NCBI GenBank assembly: GCA_965237415.1 | Contig: CBDEFM010000002.1 | Span: 288,001 to 352,000, forward strand | Source: Alphaproteobacteria bacterium | Lineage (GTDB): Bacteria > Pseudomonadota > Alphaproteobacteria > UBA828 | Length of the DNA: 64,000 nucleotides | Direction: 5' to 3' | Part shown: piece by piece, positions 49,363 through 59,247 of the stretch | Layout: every line of letters starts with the position of its first letter | Numbering within the stretch: the stretch's first letter is position 1 | Program-made: the position numbers and the translations under genes | The notes under the pieces: model-generated | Database searches by the model: none | The model's input: the letters and a program-made list of their open reading frames with translations, nothing else | Told to the model about the DNA's origin: nothing

Positions 49363-49881
49363 TTAGCTCAGTTCCTTCGCCATCCTAAAGTCGACGAGGC
49401 GGGCGCTTTCGGCCCTGAACGCGGCCCAGCTATCGATGCCGGTCTCGAATATGGCAAGCGCTGCCGTCGGGAAACGCGTGGAGAGCCGCGCGAAGGCCGG
49501 CCCCGGTCCGCGCCGGCCGAGCGCGAGGGCGAGCGCGTGCAGGCCGGGATTGTGGCCGATGACGAGGACGCCGGCCTCGCTGCCGCCGGCCTCGGCCACG
49601 GCATAAAGCAAACCCTCCGGGCTCCCCATGTAAATGCTGTCGGTCACCCGTTGCGGCAGGCTCTCACCGAAGCCTTCGCAGAACGACTCGCAGGTCTCCA
49701 TGGTGCGCCGCGCGGGAGAGCAGATAATCAGCGTCGGCGGCTGGGTCTGATCGCGACAGAAGGCGCCCATGCGCCGGCTTTCTCGCCGTCCCCGTGCAAC
49801 GAGCGAGCGCTCGCGGTCGCCGCCGCCGGGCGGCATGCCGGCCTCGGCCTTGCCGTGGCGCATCAGGTAGAGCCGCCGCAC
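49363..49881 (-). CDS. sixA: Phosphohistidine phosphatase SixA-like
   Basis: LMRHGKA, CSPARRT, VIGHNP, FPTAA. Confidence 0.85.
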   Translation of the reverse strand: MRRLYLMRHGKAEAGMPPGGGDRERSLVARGRRESRRMGAFCRDQTQPPTLIICSPARRTMETCESFCEGFGESLPQRVTDSIYMGSPEGLLYAVAEAGGSEAGVLVIGHNPGLHALALALGRRGPGPAFARLSTRFPTAALAIFETGIDSWAAFRAESARLVDFRMAKELS

Positions 49882-49982
49882 CCTGCCTCCTCGGCTGCGC
49901 TCGCCCGTCCGGCGTTATTCGCCGTTTGCATTCGTCGTGGGGCACGACCAGAATCGCGCGCCATTTCCACGATTGGGAGATC

Positions 49983-51626
49983 ATGATGGGCGGGAAGCGC
50001 GCCGACAAGAGCCCGGAGGAGGCAGGACTCGAGCGCAACGACGCGAACTACGTTCCTCTGACCCCGCTCTCGTTCCTGCGCCGCGCCGCGGCGGTATTTC
50101 CCGAGCGGACGGCATGGATCCACGGCAGCCGCCGCGCGAGCTATGCCGAATTCTACGAGCGCAGCCGGCGCCTCGCCTCGGCGCTGGCCAAGCGCGGCAT
50201 CGCCAAGGGCGACACCGTGGCAATTATATCTCCCAACACCCCGGCGATGCTGGAGGCGCACCACGGCGTTCCCATGTGCGGCGCCGTCCTCAACGCCCTC
50301 AATTATCGGCTCGACGCCGCGTCGTTGGCCTTCATCCTCGACCATGCCGGCGCCAAGGTGCTGCTCACCGACCGGTCGTTCTCGCCGGCGATCGTAGACG
50401 CGCTCTCGCAGGCGAAGGTGACGCCGCTCGTCATCGACATCGACGATACGCCGGAGGAAGGCGGCGATCTGATCGGCACGATCGAGTACGAGGCGCTGCT
50501 GGCCGACGGCGACCCCGACTACGACTGGCCCTGGCCCGAGGACGAGTGGGACGCGATCTCGCTCAACTACACCTCCGGCACCACGGGCAATCCCAAGGGC
50601 GTCCTCTACCACCACCGCGGCGCGTACCTGAATTCGCTGGGCGACGGCATTACCTGGGCCATGCCTCACGGGCCGGTCTATCTCTGGACCCTGCCCATGT
50701 TCCATTGCAACGGCTGGTGCTTCACGTGGGCAATCAGTGCCTACGCGGGGACCCATGTTTGCCTGCGCAAGGTCGAGGCCGGGCCTGTCTTTCAGGCAAT
50801 CGCGGAGCACAAGGTCACGCATTTCTGCGGGGCACCCATCGTCCTCAACCTTCTCAACAACGCGAGCGCCGACGAACGCGTTGCCTTCGACCACCAGGTC
50901 GAGGTGATGACCGCCGCAGCCCCGCCGCCCGCCGCCGTCATCGCGCGGATGGAGCAGGCCGGCTTCCGCGTCACCCACGTCTACGGGCTCACCGAGGTCT
51001 ATGGGCCGGTCACCGTGTGCGACTGGCACGACGAGTGGAATGCGCTGCCGCTCGACGAGCAGGCGACGCTCAAGGCGCGCCAGGGTGTCGCCTACGCCAC
51101 CCTGGACGGGCTGATGGTGGCCGACTCCAAGACACTCGAGCCGGTGCCGGCGGATGGCGAGACCATGGGCGAGGTCTTCATGCGCGGCAACACGGTGATG
51201 AAGGGCTATCTCCACAATCCGCAGGCGACGGAGGAGGCCTTCGCCGGCGGCTGGTTCCACACGGGCGACCTCGGCGTCGTCCACGCCGACGGCTACATTG
51301 AGCTCAAGGACCGCGCCAAAGACATCATCATCTCGGGCGGCGAGAACATTTCCACCATCGAGGTCGAAGGCGCGCTCTACCGCCACCCGGCGGTGCTGGA
51401 GGCAGCCGTTGTCGCGCGGCCCGACGAGACCTGGGGCGAGACTCCCTGCGCCTTCGTCACGCTGAAAGATGGCCAAGAGATCGACGAGGCCGCGCTGATC
51501 GACTTCTGCCGCGGCGAGCTCGCTCACTTCAAGTGCCCCAGGACCGTGGTGTTCGGCGCGCTGCCCAAGACCTCGACCGGCAAGGTCCGCAAGTACGTTC
51601 TCAGGGAGCGCGCCGCCGCGCTCTAG
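49983..51626 (+). CDS. Acyl-CoA synthetase (AMP-binding; medium-chain/DmdB-like clade)
   Basis: NYVPLTPLSFL, NYTSGTTGNPKG, VYGLTE, FHTGDLG, DRAKDIIISGGEN, PKTSTGK. Confidence 0.92.
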   Translation: MMGGKRADKSPEEAGLERNDANYVPLTPLSFLRRAAAVFPERTAWIHGSRRASYAEFYERSRRLASALAKRGIAKGDTVAIISPNTPAMLEAHHGVPMCGAVLNALNYRLDAASLAFILDHAGAKVLLTDRSFSPAIVDALSQAKVTPLVIDIDDTPEEGGDLIGTIEYEALLADGDPDYDWPWPEDEWDAISLNYTSGTTGNPKGVLYHHRGAYLNSLGDGITWAMPHGPVYLWTLPMFHCNGWCFTWAISAYAGTHVCLRKVEAGPVFQAIAEHKVTHFCGAPIVLNLLNNASADERVAFDHQVEVMTAAAPPPAAVIARMEQAGFRVTHVYGLTEVYGPVTVCDWHDEWNALPLDEQATLKARQGVAYATLDGLMVADSKTLEPVPADGETMGEVFMRGNTVMKGYLHNPQATEEAFAGGWFHTGDLGVVHADGYIELKDRAKDIIISGGENISTIEVEGALYRHPAVLEAAVVARPDETWGETPCAFVTLKDGQEIDEAALIDFCRGELAHFKCPRTVVFGALPKTSTGKVRKYVLRERAAAL

Positions 51627-51649
51627 AGCGGAGTCCTATGAACGGAACG

Positions 51650-52970
51650 TGTGCAACCGGAAGCATAGGTAACGCTATGGACCGGTTACATGGGTAACAG
51701 TGTTCGTCGTTTGTTTGGCTTCCGCGCGGCCCGGCCGGGCCGCGCGGAAGCCATGAAGTTTTTTCGTCCGGCGATCGATGATGCCGAGGTCGATGTCGGC
51801 GAAGCGAACGATCCAGTCGCCGCTGTCGGTCTCGGCGATGCCGACGGGTTCGCCCTTCAGCGTCTCGCTGATGAAGACCAGGTCGCCGCCCCACTTGATG
51901 GACCCGTCGGTGCGCACCCGGCGCATGGCGTGCCAGGCATCGTACCAGGGCTCGTCCAGGCGTTCGGGGTAAGGCCGCAGCGAGGGCCGGTAGAACGCCG
52001 CAGGCGGCTGCTGGCCAAGCGCCTCGTGGGGACGGTTGTCGTTGAAGTCCTGGCGGAAGCGGTCGAAGCGGACCTGCTGCTGGCCCGCACTCGCGGCCGG
52101 CGGTTTGGCCGTCTCGGCCTTCAAGGTCCGATGCATGCGCTCGTGCCGTCCGTTCTGCTGGGGCTGGCCCGGCTCGATGCGCTCCAACGCGATGCCGGCC
52201 TTGATCCAGCCGACCGACAGACGAGACAGTCCGCCCGCGCCCGTTCCGGCGAACGGTGCCCCGTTGTCCGAGCGGATGGCCAGAGGCAGGCCGTAGCGCT
52301 TGAAGAGCTGCTCGACCGCCACACGGACCGTGTCGGTCCGGGGCGGGACGATGACACAGGCCAGAAGGAAACGGCTGTAAGCGTCGCTGACGGTCAGCGG
52401 GTCGCAGCGTTCGCCGTCGCGGGTGCGGAACCAACCCTTGAAGTCGATGCACCACACATCGTTGGGTGCGGTGACGGCACGGAACGGCCGACCAGGCGCA
52501 GCTACCCGACGACGCCGGCGGCGGGCGCTCACCAGCCCTTCCGCACGCAGCAGATCGCCCATCGTGCTGGCCGCAGGCCACACCGCCTCGGGGCGCTCTC
52601 CCATCAGCACTGCGCGCAGCTTGCGCGGACCCCAATGGGGACGCTGCCTGCGCAGAGCAACAATCGCTTCGGCCATCTCCGGCGCCATCGACCGACCATG
52701 ACGGTGCGGCGCACGAGAGCGCTCCACCAGGCCCTCCGGGCCGTGCTCGCGATAGCGACCGAGCCATTTGTAGCCCGTCTTGCGGCTGATGCCGTAGTCC
52801 TCGCAAAGCGCTGTCATCGGCAACTCGCCACGCAGACAGTCTGCGACAAAAACCAACTTCTCCTCCATGCGACAGGTCTCCTTCCACGGCATCGGCCACC
52901 TCCTGGCCCTGCCATAACCTGTCACCCATCTATCCGGTCCATTCTGTTACCTATCTATCCGGTCTGTACC
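51650..52970 (-). mobile_element. IS481-family insertion sequence
   Basis: TGT terminus at 51650; imperfect TIRs with duplicated CCGG-N4-ATRGGTRAC sub-repeats at both ends; single DDE transposase. Confidence 0.88.
51675..52892 (-). CDS. IS481-family transposase
   Basis: MPWKET, YGISRKTGYKWL.RY (HTH), WCIDFKG, IRSDNG, PQQNGRHERMHRTLK, RPHEALG. Confidence 0.93.
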   Translation of the reverse strand: MPWKETCRMEEKLVFVADCLRGELPMTALCEDYGISRKTGYKWLGRYREHGPEGLVERSRAPHRHGRSMAPEMAEAIVALRRQRPHWGPRKLRAVLMGERPEAVWPAASTMGDLLRAEGLVSARRRRRRVAAPGRPFRAVTAPNDVWCIDFKGWFRTRDGERCDPLTVSDAYSRFLLACVIVPPRTDTVRVAVEQLFKRYGLPLAIRSDNGAPFAGTGAGGLSRLSVGWIKAGIALERIEPGQPQQNGRHERMHRTLKAETAKPPAASAGQQQVRFDRFRQDFNDNRPHEALGQQPPAAFYRPSLRPYPERLDEPWYDAWHAMRRVRTDGSIKWGGDLVFISETLKGEPVGIAETDSGDWIVRFADIDLGIIDRRTKKLHGFRAARPGRAEAKQTTNTVTHVTGP

Positions 52971-52975
52971 ACGGG

Positions 52976-53150
52976 CACCCACCTCCCCCTGTCCCCCTCC
53001 GCCCTCAAGGGCAGAGGGGGAACGCAGGCGGCGGCAGAGGTGTGGGTCATGGGGAGGCCGGGCCGCACAGCGGGCCGGAGCGCGCGACCGCGCGCCGCGC
53101 CGAAGGCGCGTAGCCAAGCGAGCGGAGCGAGCGCCCGGCGATTGAGGGAA
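52976..53150. repeat. REP-like palindromic intergenic sequences
   Basis: TCCCCCTCCGCCC-TCAA-GGGCAGAGGGGGA hairpin, then CGCGCC-GAA-GGCGCG and GCGAGCGGAGCGAGCG. Confidence 0.45.
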
Positions 53151-53171
53151 GTGATCGAGTCGAGGGTCGGG

Positions 53172-53942
53172 GTGAGGTGGGGGCGTTTTCTGCTTTCGGT
53201 GTCCGGCCTGGCCGGTTTCGCCCTATGTGCGGTTCTGCTTGCCGGCCTATTGCTCGCCACCAGCTCCACCGCCGCTGACGATCCGTTCGCCGAGGAGCGG
53301 GCCGCCATGGTGCGTGCCGTTGCCGAGACCACGGATGAGACCGCCGAGTGGATCGGCAAGACGGAGCTGTCACCCGGGGTGATGGAGGCGATGGGCCGCG
53401 TGCCGCGCCATCTCTTCGTGCCGCCGGATTTGCAGGACATGGCGTACTTGAACAGGCCGCTCCCCATCGGCTACGGGCAGACCATCTCACAGCCCTACAT
53501 CGTCGCGTTGATGACCGATCTGCTGGCGCCGGAGCGCGACGACGTCGCCTTCGAGCTCGGCACCGGGTCGAGCTATCAGGCGGCGGTGCTCGCCGAGCTG
53601 GTGGCCGAGGTCTACACGGTCGAGATCGTGCCGCCTCTCGCTGCGAGTGCCGCAGAGCGGCTCGAGACGCTCGGCTACGACAACGTGACCGTGCGGGCAG
53701 GCGACGGCTACCACGGCTGGCCGGAGCACGCGCCCTTCGACATCGTCGTGGTGACCGCTGCGGCGAGCCACGTGCCGCCGCCGCTCATCGCTCAGCTCAA
53801 GCCCGGCGGGCGCATGGTGATCCCGGTGGGCAGTCCCTTCCTCACCCAGCACCTTCTGCTGGTCGAGAAGGGGGAAGACGGCACCGTCACGAGCCGCCAA
53901 ATTCTGCCGGTCATTTTCGTTCCGCTGACCGGCGGGCACTGA
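53172..53942 (+). CDS. pcm: Protein-L-isoaspartate O-methyltransferase with an N-terminal signal-peptide-like extension
   Basis: VPRHLFVP, AY.NRPLPIGYGQTISQPYIVA, ELGTGSSYQAAVLA, GDGYHGWPEHAPFD, LKPGGRMVIPVG, FVPL. N-terminus RWGR, hydrophobic core, STAA. Confidence 0.92.
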   Translation: MRWGRFLLSVSGLAGFALCAVLLAGLLLATSSTAADDPFAEERAAMVRAVAETTDETAEWIGKTELSPGVMEAMGRVPRHLFVPPDLQDMAYLNRPLPIGYGQTISQPYIVALMTDLLAPERDDVAFELGTGSSYQAAVLAELVAEVYTVEIVPPLAASAAERLETLGYDNVTVRAGDGYHGWPEHAPFDIVVVTAAASHVPPPLIAQLKPGGRMVIPVGSPFLTQHLLLVEKGEDGTVTSRQILPVIFVPLTGGH

Positions 53943-53948
53943 CGGACG

Positions 53949-56411
53949 GTGGCGGGCGAGGGGGCGCACGCCCCGTCTCGGCCCGGCATCTTCATTGCCG
54001 TGGCTCTGCTCTCGGCCGGCGTGCTGGGCTACGAAATCCTCCTCGCACGTCTGCTGGCGATCGTGCACTGGCATCACTTCGCCTACATGATCATCGCCGT
54101 CGCGCTGCTCGGCTTCGGCGCGGCGGGAAGTTTGGTGGCGGTACTGCAGCGGCCGCTCCTCAGGCATTTCCGGTGGACCTTCGGCGGCGCTGCGCTGGGC
54201 TTCGGTGCCGGCGCGCCGCTGGCCTTTGCCCTCGCGCAGTCGCTCCCCTTCAACGCGCTGGAGATCGCGTGGGATCGCGCGCAGCTTGCCTGGCTCTTCG
54301 CCCTCTATCTCGTGCTTTCGCTGCCGTTCCTCTCGGCGGCGCTGGCGCTGGCGCTGGCCTTCCGGGCGAACGCCGCCCGCGCCGGTGCGCTCTACCGCAT
54401 GGACCTGGTGGGTGCGGGCTTGGGCGCGCTGGGCATGGTCTTCCTGCTCGACGCCCTGCCGCTCGCCGATGCGCTGAGGGTCGTGGGTGTGGTGGGTGCC
54501 GCCTCTGGTGGGATTGTCCTGCTGTGGGGGAGGGCACGACGACTCGCGCGGGGTGGCGCGCTGCTGGCGGTTGCCGCCGGGCTCGCCCTGCCCGCAGCAC
54601 TCCCCGATCACTGGCTGCGCCCGCATCCCTCGCCCTACAAGGGGTTGAGCCTCGCGCTCACAGCACCCGACGCCAGGATCGTCGCCGAGCGTCACGGCCC
54701 GCTCGGCTGGCTCGCCGCGGTGGAGAGCCCGACCGTGCCGTTTCGCCATGCGCCGGGGCTCAGCTTGATGGCGCCCGTCGGCCCGCCGGCGCAGATCGGA
54801 CTTTTCACCGACGGTGGCGCCCCCACCGCGATCACCCGTGCCAACGCCGACCTGCGCTACTTGGAGGCCGAGACCGCCGCGCTCCCCTACCACATGTTGG
54901 AGAGCCCGCCGCGGGTGCTAGTGCTGGGTGCCGGCGGCGGGGCGGAGGTGCTGCGGGCGCTGCACCACGGCGCACGCGCGGTCGATGCCGTGGAGCTGAA
55001 TCCGGACGTGCTCGCCATCGTGCGCGAGGTGCTGGCGGATACGCCGGGTGCCGCGTGGGAGGCCGAAAGTGTCCGCACGCATGTGGCGGACGCACGCAGC
55101 TTCGCCGCGCGTTCGTCCGAACAGTGGGACCTGATTCAGATTGCGCTGGTGGATTCCTTCAGCGCGGCGGCGGCGGGCGTGCACGCGCTCGACGAATCGT
55201 TGCTCTACACGGTCGAAGCGCTCGGAACCTTCCTCGATCGACTTGCCCCCGATGGTGTGCTCGCGGTTACCCGCTGGCTCAAACTGCCGGCGCGCGACGC
55301 GCTGAAGCTGCTTTGGACCGCGCGGGCTGCGCTCGAAGAGCGAGGCGTCGCCGATCCCGCATCCCGGCTCGTCATGATTCGCGGCTGGAAGACCACGACG
55401 CTGGTCATCGGAGGCCGACCGTTCGACCCGCGTGCAATCGCCGGGTTGCGCGCGTTCTCGGACGACTATGCGTTCGACCTGGTCTGGCATCCGGGTATCG
55501 CGGAGGGCGACGCCAACCGCTTCAACAGGCTCGCCGAGCCAGAATTCTATCGCGGTGCTGCCGCCATTTTGGGCCCCGACCTTGAAGACTTCGCCGCCCG
55601 CTACAAGTTCGCGCTCCGGCCCGCGACCGACGACCGCCCGTTCTTCTTCCACAGCTTGAAGTGGGCGACGCTCCCCGAGCTGCTCGCGCTTCGCGCGCAG
55701 GGCGGTCTGCCCCTGGTGGAATGGGGCTTCGTCATCCTGGTCGCGACTCTGGTGCAGGGCACCATCGCGGCGGCGCTCCTGATCCTCCTGCCTCTACTCG
55801 TGCTCCGCGCCCCGCGCAGGTTGGGTGCATCCGCGCCGCCGCGCTGGCGTGTCATGGTGTTCTTCGCGAGCCTCGGGCTCGCCTTCCTCTTCATCGAGAT
55901 CGCGTTCATGCAGCGCTTCGCGGTCTTTCTCGGGCATCCGCTCTACGCCATCGCGGTGGTGCTCGCCGGCCTTCTGGTTTTCGCCGGCCTCGGCGCCGGC
56001 GCGACGGAGCGCCTCGCTCGCCTGGCCGGCCGCCGTCCACCGATCGTACTCGCCGCGGCCGGCATCATCGTCGTCGTCGGCGTCTATATCGGGCTCCTGC
56101 CCTGGGTCTTCGAGGCCGCACAGGGGTGGCCGACGGCGGCGCGGCTCGCGGTCGCGCTCGCGCTGCTCGGGCCCATCGGGTTTCTCTTGGGCATGCCCTT
56201 CCCACTCGGACTCAAGGCGCTCGGCGACCGCGCGCCGCTGCTCGTACCCTGGGCCTGGGGAATCAACGCCTGCGCGTCGGTGGTCAGTGCGTCTCTTGCG
56301 ACCTTCATTGCGTTGCACGTCGGCTTCACGCCCGTGCTCGGCTGTGCTTTGGTGCTCTATGCCCTCGCTGCTGCCGTCCCACCGCAGGCGGCGGCGGATG
56401 CGGCGCGATAG
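53949..56411 (+). CDS. 14-TM membrane protein with a central class I SAM-binding (spermidine-synthase-like) domain
   Basis: 7 N-terminal and 7 C-terminal hydrophobic helices; VLVLGAGGG, VDAVELNP, VADARSF, WDLIQIALVDS, LYTVEA, ATDDRPFF. Confidence 0.85.
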   Translation: MAGEGAHAPSRPGIFIAVALLSAGVLGYEILLARLLAIVHWHHFAYMIIAVALLGFGAAGSLVAVLQRPLLRHFRWTFGGAALGFGAGAPLAFALAQSLPFNALEIAWDRAQLAWLFALYLVLSLPFLSAALALALAFRANAARAGALYRMDLVGAGLGALGMVFLLDALPLADALRVVGVVGAASGGIVLLWGRARRLARGGALLAVAAGLALPAALPDHWLRPHPSPYKGLSLALTAPDARIVAERHGPLGWLAAVESPTVPFRHAPGLSLMAPVGPPAQIGLFTDGGAPTAITRANADLRYLEAETAALPYHMLESPPRVLVLGAGGGAEVLRALHHGARAVDAVELNPDVLAIVREVLADTPGAAWEAESVRTHVADARSFAARSSEQWDLIQIALVDSFSAAAAGVHALDESLLYTVEALGTFLDRLAPDGVLAVTRWLKLPARDALKLLWTARAALEERGVADPASRLVMIRGWKTTTLVIGGRPFDPRAIAGLRAFSDDYAFDLVWHPGIAEGDANRFNRLAEPEFYRGAAAILGPDLEDFAARYKFALRPATDDRPFFFHSLKWATLPELLALRAQGGLPLVEWGFVILVATLVQGTIAAALLILLPLLVLRAPRRLGASAPPRWRVMVFFASLGLAFLFIEIAFMQRFAVFLGHPLYAIAVVLAGLLVFAGLGAGATERLARLAGRRPPIVLAAAGIIVVVGVYIGLLPWVFEAAQGWPTAARLAVALALLGPIGFLLGMPFPLGLKALGDRAPLLVPWAWGINACASVVSASLATFIALHVGFTPVLGCALVLYALAAAVPPQAAADAAR

Positions 56412-56435
56412 CCTCGCACCCTGGAGAAACCGGCG

Positions 56436-57155
56436 ATGAAGTTCCTCGTGCTTCAGCACATCGACATCGAGCATCCCGGCATTTTCCGCGACTTCATGCG
56501 CGCCGACGGAATCGCCTGGGACACGGTCGAGCTCGACGAGGGCGAGGCGATCCCGCCTCTCGACGGCTACGACGCGCTGATCTCCATGGGGGGGCCGATG
56601 GATGTCTTCGAGGAGGATGCCCACCCCTGGCTCGCCGACGAAAAGGTGGCGATTCGCGAGGCAGTCGCCGGGCGCGACATGCCCTTCCTCGGCGTCTGCC
56701 TCGGCCATCAGCTCCTCGCCGACGCGCTCGGCGGCCAGGTGGAGACGATGGCCGAGCCCGAGGTCGGCATCATGACCGTCGACCTGACCGAAGCCGGACG
56801 CGGCGATCCGCTGCTCGCCGGGCTCGATCCGACCGTGACCTGCCTGCAATGGCACGGCTGCGCGGTGACCGCGATGCCCGAGGGCGCCGTCAGTCTGGCC
56901 GAGTCAGAGCTGTGTGCCGTCCAGGCGCTCCGCGTCGGCCGCCATGCCTACGGGCTGCAGTATCACGTGGAACTCACGCCCACGACGGTCGCCGATTGGG
57001 GCGCCGTGCCCGCCTACCAGGATTCGCTGGAACGGGCGCTCGGCCCCGACGGTCTCGCGCCGTTCGAAGCCGAGGCCGCCCGGAACATGCCGTCCTTCAA
57101 CCGCGACGCCCGCATCCTCTACGACAATTTCATCGGCGTGGTTCGCGGCGCTTAG
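56436..57155 (+). CDS. Stand-alone class I glutamine amidotransferase-like protein
   Basis: LQHIDIEHPG, MGGPMDV, LGVCLGHQ, QYHVE. Confidence 0.88.
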   Translation: MKFLVLQHIDIEHPGIFRDFMRADGIAWDTVELDEGEAIPPLDGYDALISMGGPMDVFEEDAHPWLADEKVAIREAVAGRDMPFLGVCLGHQLLADALGGQVETMAEPEVGIMTVDLTEAGRGDPLLAGLDPTVTCLQWHGCAVTAMPEGAVSLAESELCAVQALRVGRHAYGLQYHVELTPTTVADWGAVPAYQDSLERALGPDGLAPFEAEAARNMPSFNRDARILYDNFIGVVRGA

Positions 57156-58276
57156 GGAGCGCCCCCCTGCGGCGGTGCTGGCGGCCAGTCGGGCACCGGC
57201 GGCGGCGCGTCGAGGGGTGCAAGCCAGGTGACGTGGCCCATCTTGCGACCGGTGCGCGCCTCATCCTTGCCGTAGAGATGGAGGTGCGCAGCCGGGTCAG
57301 CGGCGAGTGTCTGCCAATGCTCGACATCGGCGCCGATCAGGTTCTTCATGGCGGCATTGGCCCGTCTCGCGGTGGAGCCCAGCGGCAGGCTGCAGACGGC
57401 GCGGATGTGCTGTGCGAACTGGCTGGTCTCGCACCCTTCAATGGTCCAGTGGCCGGAATTGTGGACGCGGGGGGCGATTTCGTTGACCAGCAGTTGGCCG
57501 CTTTGGGTGACGAACAGCTCGACGCAAAGAGCCCCGACGTGGTCAAGCGCCTGGGCGATGCGCTCGGCGCCGTCCCGCGCGGCCGCTGCGAGAGCGGGGG
57601 AGACGTCGGCCGGTGCCAGCGTCAGGTCGAGGATGCCGTTCACGTGGCGGTTCTCGACCGGATCGAAGCTCGCCACCCGCCCGTCCGGCGCGCGGGCAAC
57701 GATCACCGAGACCTCGCGTTCGATCGCGACCAGCGCTTCCAGGATCGCCGGCCGGCCGTCGAGCGTGCCGTACCAGGCGTCGCGCAGATCGTCGCCTGCC
57801 GCCAGCACGAACTGGCCCTTTCCGTCATAGCCGAGGGTCTGGGTCTTGAGCACGGCGGGACGGCCGATCAGCGGGTCCGCCGCATCGGCATCGGCGTCTT
57901 CCTCGATAGGCGCATAAGGCGTCGCCTCCAACCCGAGGCCGCACACGAAATCCTTTTCGGAGATGCGGTTCTGCGCAACTTGGAGCGAGCGGGCGCCCGG
58001 CCGGACCGGAACCCGGTCCCTGAGCCGTTCCAGCGCCGATGCCGGCACGTTCTCGAACTCGACGGTGACGACATCCACCGCCGCGCCGAAGGCATCCAGT
58101 GCCGCGGTATCGTCATAGGCCGCCACGGTCTCGGCGGCCGAGACCTGCGCGGCAGGACCGCCTGGCTCCGGCGAGAAAATATGGCAGCGATAGCCGAGAG
58201 GCGCGGCGGCGATCGCCAGCATCCGGCCGAGCTGGCCGCCGCCGAGAATGCCGATGGTCCCGCCAGGCGCGATCAC
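57152..58276 (-). CDS. purK: N5-carboxyaminoimidazole ribonucleotide synthase
   Basis: GILGGGQLGRM, TVEFENV, GYDGKGQ, NEIAPRVHNSGHW, HLYGK, RKMGH. Confidence 0.95.
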   Translation of the reverse strand: MIAPGGTIGILGGGQLGRMLAIAAAPLGYRCHIFSPEPGGPAAQVSAAETVAAYDDTAALDAFGAAVDVVTVEFENVPASALERLRDRVPVRPGARSLQVAQNRISEKDFVCGLGLEATPYAPIEEDADADAADPLIGRPAVLKTQTLGYDGKGQFVLAAGDDLRDAWYGTLDGRPAILEALVAIEREVSVIVARAPDGRVASFDPVENRHVNGILDLTLAPADVSPALAAAARDGAERIAQALDHVGALCVELFVTQSGQLLVNEIAPRVHNSGHWTIEGCETSQFAQHIRAVCSLPLGSTARRANAAMKNLIGADVEHWQTLAADPAAHLHLYGKDEARTGRKMGHVTWLAPLDAPPPVPDWPPAPPQGGAP

Positions 58277-58280
58277 GGGA

Positions 58281-58772
58281 TCAGGACTGCGGCGTCTCGG
58301 CGACTGCGGCGGTCTGATTGGCCCGCCACGTATCGAGCGCGGCGGCCACCCGCTCATCCCCGAGCGCCACGATGGCAGCAGCAAGCAAAGCCGCATTGAC
58401 CGCGCCCGCGCGCCCGATGGCGACCGTGCCGACCGGCACACCGGCCGGCATCTGGACGATGGAGAGCAGGCTGTCCATCCCCTTCAGGCTCTTGCTCTCG
58501 ACCGGCACGCCGATCACCGGAATGGGAGTCATCGAGGCGGTCATGCCGGGCAGGTGCGCAGCGCCGCCCGCGCCGGCGACGATCACCTTGAGGCCGCGTT
58601 CGCGGGCTTCGTCGGCGTACGCATAGAGCCGCCGGGGCGTGCGGTGGGCCGAGACGATGCGTGTCTCGAACGGGACTCCCAGCGCCTCCAGCGTCTCGGC
58701 GGCATGGCGCATGGTTTCCCAGTCGGACTGGCTCCCCATGATGATCCCGACCAGGGCGGTGGTCTCCGTCAT
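58281..58772 (-). CDS. purE: N5-CAIR mutase
   Basis: [38 protein letters not shown]. Confidence 0.97.
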   Translation of the reverse strand: MTETTALVGIIMGSQSDWETMRHAAETLEALGVPFETRIVSAHRTPRRLYAYADEARERGLKVIVAGAGGAAHLPGMTASMTPIPVIGVPVESKSLKGMDSLLSIVQMPAGVPVGTVAIGRAGAVNAALLAAAIVALGDERVAAALDTWRANQTAAVAETPQS

Positions 58773-58937
58773 GGTGTTCTTCCTTTCCGGCTCACGGGTT
58801 GCGGCGCCGCGTGCTACTCTGCCGCTGGTGTGCGGCCGCAGGCAGTGTGCTTGCCGCCTTCACAGCCTTGGCGCCGCGTGCTATAGAGCCGCGCGCGACG
58901 CAATGAAACCCGAAATCGTGCGAAGGGAACCAGACAT

Positions 58938-59141
58938 TTGGTCCATGTAGTCGTACGCGAAAACAATGTCGATCAGGCGCTGAAAGCACTTAAGAAAAAG
59001 ATGCAGCGCGAAGGAATCTTCCGGGAAATGAAGATGCGCCGCCACTACGAAAAACCCTCGGAGCGGCGGGCGCGGGAGAAGGCAGAGGCGATCCGGCGCG
59101 CCCGGAAACTCGCCCGCAAACGCGCGCAGCGCGAGGAATAG
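58938..59141 (+). CDS. rpsU: 30S ribosomal protein S21
   Basis: [29 protein letters not shown]. Confidence 0.95.
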   Translation: MVHVVVRENNVDQALKALKKKMQREGIFREMKMRRHYEKPSERRAREKAEAIRRARKLARKRAQREE

Positions 59142-59247
59142 TTTCCGCCCCAGAGTGGGCGGCGCCGTTTCCTAACAATTTCCCGCTTCGTTCGTCGCAC
59201 GCGCCGCTATGGCGCGGGCCGATGCAATTCCGTAATGAGACTCGGGA

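Noticed and set aside
51690-53942. 750-aa ORF apparently fusing IS sequence to PIMT
   Set aside because: This is an open antisense frame through the transposase that happens to be in frame with pcm. The real start is near 53172.
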